Of a stretch of 64,000 bases of DNA, positions 60,261 to 64,000 are shown piece by piece. Numbering within the stretch: the stretch's first letter is position 1; each line of letters opens with the position of its first letter. Under the pieces are notes generated by a model, which saw only the letters and a list, made by a program, of their open reading frames with translations, did no database searches and was not told the DNA's origin. The position numbers and the translations under genes are program-made. The stretch is from an uncultured Actinomycetes bacterium (lineage in GTDB: Bacteria > Actinomycetota > Thermoleophilia > UBA2241): NCBI GenBank assembly GCA_963767005.1, contig CAVYCN010000002.1, positions 480,001 through 544,000 of the forward strand, written 5' to 3'.

Positions 60261-61531
60261 GGGGTGCGCGCCAGGCGCAGCACGGCGTCGGCCAGCCGGC
60301 CCGCGTCGTGACGGAAGTAGTCGCCCGCGTGGGCGAGGCGGGCGTGCACCACGCGCACGCCGAGCCCGGCGAGCTCCGAGTCGTCGGCCACGACCGGCGC
60401 CGCGCCGCCCGCCCGGTAGACGGCGGCCAGCTCGCGCGAGGCGGGCGTGTCGTTCACGAGGACGTCGTCGACCACACCGGCCGCGCCGTGCCGGAAGAGC
60501 GCACGCAGGTGGTCGGCCGCCGAATGGTCGTCGGTCTCGCCCGGTTGCGTCATCACGTTGCACACGTACACCACGCGCGCTCTGGTGCGCGCCAAGGCCT
60601 CGCGCACGTCGGGGATGAGGAGGTTGGGCACGATGCTCGTGTAGACGCTGCCGGGGCCGAGCACGACGAGGTCGGCGGCGGCGATCGCCTCGAGGGCCTG
60701 AGGCACCGCCGCCGGTCTGCCGGGGTCGAGCCAGACGCGCAGCGGCAGACCGTCGTGGGCCGTGATCGTGGATTCGCCGGCCACCCGCTCGCCACCCTCG
60801 AGCTCGGCGTGCAGCGTGACGCTCTCGAGCGTGGCCGGCAGCACCCGGCCGCGCACGTTCAGGACGCTCGTCGACTCCTGCACGGCGCGCTCGAAGTCGC
60901 CGGTGACGCCGGCCAGGGCCGCCACGAAGAGGTTGCCGAAGCTGTGGCCCTGCAGGCCGCCGTCTTCGGGGAAGCGGTACTGGAAGAGGCGGCTCATGAG
61001 CGACTCGTCGTCGGCGAGGGCGACGAGGCAGCTGCGGATGTCGCCCGGCGGCAGCACACCCAGGCTGCTGCGCAGCAGACCCGAGCTGCCGCCGTCGTCG
61101 GCCACCGTGACCACCGCGGTCAGGTTGCTCGTGTGCTGCTTGAGGCCGGAGAGCAGCACCGACAAGCCGGTACCGCCGCCGATCGCCACGATACGCGGGC
61201 CGCGGGCGAGCCGGGCGTCGTGGCGCAGGCCGAGCACGCCCGGCTCGCCCGCCGCCCGCGCGAACCGGTAGAGGCTGCGCGCGCCCAGCAGGACCACGAG
61301 GGCGCCGGCCACGAGGCACGCGACCGCGAGGCCGATCGCCGTGCTCACGTGGCCCGTGATCCAGGTGCCACCGACGTCGTGGCGCCGGCCGCTCGTCACG
61401 ACGATACCGAGCGCGAGCCAGAGGGCGCTGCCGACCAGCGCACCGCCGGCACAGACGGCGACCAGCCGGCGCTTCATGCCGAGCCCCGGATAGAGCCACT
61501 GGAGCCTGCTCAGGCGGGACCGCGGCGCCAC
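60257..61531 (-). CDS. Gluconeogenesis factor YvcK/GlmR family
   Basis: GGGTGL, VADDGGSSG, PPGDIR, GHSFGN, GPGSVYTS, TQPGET. Confidence 0.93.
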   Translation of the reverse strand: MAPRSRLSRLQWLYPGLGMKRRLVAVCAGGALVGSALWLALGIVVTSGRRHDVGGTWITGHVSTAIGLAVACLVAGALVVLLGARSLYRFARAAGEPGVLGLRHDARLARGPRIVAIGGGTGLSVLLSGLKQHTSNLTAVVTVADDGGSSGLLRSSLGVLPPGDIRSCLVALADDESLMSRLFQYRFPEDGGLQGHSFGNLFVAALAGVTGDFERAVQESTSVLNVRGRVLPATLESVTLHAELEGGERVAGESTITAHDGLPLRVWLDPGRPAAVPQALEAIAAADLVVLGPGSVYTSIVPNLLIPDVREALARTRARVVYVCNVMTQPGETDDHSAADHLRALFRHGAAGVVDDVLVNDTPASRELAAVYRAGGAAPVVADDSELAGLGVRVVHARLAHAGDYFRHDAGRLADAVLRLARTP

Positions 61532-61545
61532 CGCACGCCCCTCCG

Positions 61546-62415
61546 TCAATCTCTGTTCATGTCGCGGTGGCGCACCGTCGTCTGCAGACCCTCGGCCGCG
61601 TAGTGGTCGGCCAGCCAGGCGGCGATCGTCACCGAGCGGTGGCGGCCGCCGGTGCAACCGATGCCGACGGTCAGGTGCGCCTTGCCCTCGGCCACGTAGC
61701 GCGGGAACAGGTAGTCGAGCAGGGGCAGCAGCACCTCGAAGAACTCGGCGCCGTCGACCGACTGCAGCACGTACTCGCGCACCTCGCGGTCGAGGCCGGT
61801 GAGGGGCCGCAACCCGGGGTCGTAGAACGGGTTGGGCAGAAAGCGCACGTCGAACAGCAGGTCGGCGTCGATCGGCACGCCGTACTTGTAGCCGAACGAG
61901 ACGAAGCTGAAGGTGATGCTCTGCCGCCCGCCGCGGTGGATGATCTGCTCGTTCAGCAGCAGCTTGAGCTCGTGGATGCTGATGCCGCTCGTGTCGATGA
62001 TGTGGTTGGCGCGCTCGCGCAGCGCCTGCAGGAGCTCGCGCTCGCGGGCGATGCCGTCGAGCACCGTGCCGTGCCCGGCGAGCGGGTGGCGCCGGCGCGT
62101 CTCCTTGAAGCGCGCCACGAGGACCTCGTCGGCGGCCTCGAGGAACACGAGCGAGTACTCGACCCCGGCCGCACCGAGCTCGTCGAGCACGCGCTCGATC
62201 TCGCCGAAGTACTCGCCGCCGCGCACGTCGCAGACGACCGCCACGCGCCGCACCTTGCTGCCCTCGATGCGGAACAGGTCGACGAGCGGCGACAGGAGCT
62301 GAGGCGGCAGGTTGTCGACGCAGAAGTAGCCGGCGTCCTCGAAGGCGTCGATCGCCTGCGTCTTGCCTGCGCCGGACAGGCCGGACAGGATGACGAAGGG
62401 CATCGGGTTGGTCAT
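61546..62415 (-). CDS. rapZ: RNase adapter RapZ (YvcJ)
   Basis: SGLSGAGKT, VDNLP, ETRRRHP, SFGYKYG, DVRFLPNP, GCTGGRHRSV. Confidence 0.95.
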   Translation of the reverse strand: MTNPMPFVILSGLSGAGKTQAIDAFEDAGYFCVDNLPPQLLSPLVDLFRIEGSKVRRVAVVCDVRGGEYFGEIERVLDELGAAGVEYSLVFLEAADEVLVARFKETRRRHPLAGHGTVLDGIARERELLQALRERANHIIDTSGISIHELKLLLNEQIIHRGGRQSITFSFVSFGYKYGVPIDADLLFDVRFLPNPFYDPGLRPLTGLDREVREYVLQSVDGAEFFEVLLPLLDYLFPRYVAEGKAHLTVGIGCTGGRHRSVTIAAWLADHYAAEGLQTTVRHRDMNRD

Positions 62416-62948
62416 GTCCGACCCCCACGGCCGGCGGTCGGCAGCGCGCCCTCGAGCTCGAGCAGGCGGCGCTTCCAGGAGGGGTCGTCGCCGTAGCGGC
62501 CGAGCTCGCCGTCGCTGCGCGTCACGCGGTGGCAGGGCAGGATCACCGGCAGCTCGTTGCGGGCCATGACCGAGCCGGTCGCGCGCCAGGCCGCCGGATG
62601 ACCGGCGTCGCGGGCGAGGTCGCGATAGCTCACCGTGCGACCGTAGGGCACGCGCGAGAGGGCGCGCAGCACGTCGGCTTCGAAGGCCGTGCAGCCGAGT
62701 CGCGCGAGGTACGCGTCGAGGTCGAGCGGAAAGACGACCCGCTCGCCGGCGAAGTAGCGCCGCAGCAGCTCGCACCAGCGCCCCTCGTCGACGGCGGCGC
62801 CCGGCGGCGGCACTCGCCCGGGCTCGGGGATGTCGAGCGCCACCGGGCTGCCGGCGCGCAGCTCGAGACGCCCGACGCCGTACGGCGTCTCGAAGAACAC
62901 CTCGCGGCGCGGCTCGTCGTGGGCGGCGGCGCCGTCGCTCGTCGTCAT
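62412..62948 (-). CDS. ogt: Methylated-DNA--protein-cysteine methyltransferase
   Basis: VPYGRTVSY, PCHRV active site, KRRLLELE. Confidence 0.92.
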   Translation of the reverse strand: MTTSDGAAAHDEPRREVFFETPYGVGRLELRAGSPVALDIPEPGRVPPPGAAVDEGRWCELLRRYFAGERVVFPLDLDAYLARLGCTAFEADVLRALSRVPYGRTVSYRDLARDAGHPAAWRATGSVMARNELPVILPCHRVTRSDGELGRYGDDPSWKRRLLELEGALPTAGRGGRT

Positions 62949-63104
62949 CTCGTCACCTTTCGTCCGACCGCTCCCCTCGCGCCGCGCGCTGCCCGGCCAC
63001 GTCGCGCGCTGCCCGACCGCGCTGGCGGCGCGCCGCTCGCTCCGAGTCTGCCAACGGCGCGCCGGACGCGGCTCGTCGGCACGTCGCGCCCTGTCCGCCG
63101 GCGG

Positions 63105-64000
63105 CTAGCCGGCCTTGTGCAACTGCCCGTAGATCTCGCGGGCGACCCGGCGCGGCAGGCCGGGGACCTGCTCGAGCTCGTCGCGCGATGCCGAGAGGAA
63201 CCGCTCGGGGCTGCCGAAGTGCTCGAGGATCGCCCGCCGTCGCACCGGCCCCACCTTGGGCAGCTCGTCGAAGATGGAGGCGCGGCGCAGGTCGGTGCCG
63301 CGGCGCTGCCGATGGAAGGTTACTGCAAAGCGATGTGCCTCGTCGCGTATGCGTTGCAGCAGCAGCGACGCGGGGTCGTCGGGGCGCAGCTCGAGGGGGG
63401 TCGACCGGCCCGGCACGAACACCTCCTCGCGCTGCTTGGCGAGCCCGATCACCGCGACGTCGAGCCCGGCCGCCCGCACCGCCTCGAGGGCGGCCGAGAG
63501 CTGGCCCTTGCCGCCGTCGATCACGAGCAGGGCCGGTCGCGCCGCGAAGCTCTCGTCGTACCCCGCCGCGGCGTAGCCGGCCCCGACAACGCCGTCGGCC
63601 GCCCGCGACGCCGCCCCTTCGCCGCCTTCCACCAGCCGCGACGCTGCCCCCTCGCCGGCGCCGTCGAGGCGCCGCAGGCGCCGTCCGACGACCTCGCGCA
63701 TCATGGCGAAGTCGTCCTGCCCCCGCACGGTGCGGATCGCGAACTTGCGGTAGTGCGCCTTGCGCGGCCGGCCGCCCTCGAAGACCACCATCGAGCCCAC
63801 CGCGTGCTGCTCGCCGAGGTTGGAGATGTCGTAGCACTCGATGCGCAGCGGCAGATCGACGAGCCCGAGCGCGTCGCGCAGGCGGACGAGCGCCGCCTCG
63901 CGCGTCGCGCGCGTCCGGGCCAGGCGCGCCTCTTCGTCGCGCGCCGCCTGGCCCGCGTTGCCCTGCGCCATCTCGAGCAGACGCCGCTTGGGGCCGCGCC
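63105..64000 (-). CDS. uvrC: Excinuclease ABC subunit C, C-terminal part
   Basis: RIECYDIS, DDFAMM, IDGGKGQL, GLAK, RDEAHRFA, helix-hairpin-helix; open to the window end. Confidence 0.96.
   Translation of the reverse strand, partial: RGPKRRLLEMAQGNAGQAARDEEARLARTRATREAALVRLRDALGLVDLPLRIECYDISNLGEQHAVGSMVVFEGGRPRKAHYRKFAIRTVRGQDDFAMMREVVGRRLRRLDGAGEGAASRLVEGGEGAASRAADGVVGAGYAAAGYDESFAARPALLVIDGGKGQLSAALEAVRAAGLDVAVIGLAKQREEVFVPGRSTPLELRPDDPASLLLQRIRDEAHRFAVTFHRQRRGTDLRRASIFDELPKVGPVRRRAILEHFGSPERFLSASRDELEQVPGLPRRVAREIYGQLHKAG

Noticed and set aside
63603-63656. 21-bp imperfect direct repeat (GEGAASR twice) in uvrC
   Set aside because: In-frame duplication in a variable loop, with no sign of a mobile element.

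Overview
High-GC bacterial DNA whose gene content and order (whiA-yvcK-rapZ, Firmicutes-like aspS/6S and gpmI context, monoderm-type pili without a secretin) suggest a deep-branching actinobacterium such as Thermoleophilia; this taxonomic call is inference. Almost every gene is on the minus strand. Housekeeping blocks are uvrC-ogt-rapZ-yvcK-whiA-gap-pgk-tpiA-gpmI-secG, oppABCDF, prsA, recJ-relA-hisS-aspS, Rrf2-iscS-iscU-mnmA, a SigB-type stress module, alaS-ruvX-aroE, and aroCKBQ-pepQ-efp-pycB/accB-nusB-ispA-dxs. A ~18.5 kb type IVa pilus locus (8968-27446) sits between aroE and aroC. Main observations: (1) The pilus locus has layered regulation, with six FliA/WhiG-type promoter motifs (one inside the aroE coding sequence, one built on the pilT stop codon), a SigB/F-family sigma gene between pilC and the pilins with a candidate cognate motif before two pilins, a c-di-GMP-I riboswitch, and a MshEN domain on PilB. 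It also has three major pilins flanking a GT-C glycosyltransferase. (2) iscU runs into a start-less, CxxC-type mnmA across an A7 slippery site, where a -1 shift gives an IscU-MnmA fusion. (3) There is a Firmicutes-like 6S RNA. (4) A carboxyltransferase is fused to a full-length AccB. Caveat: unexplained single-base frameshifts in recJ and mnmA suggest the assembly contains indel errors.
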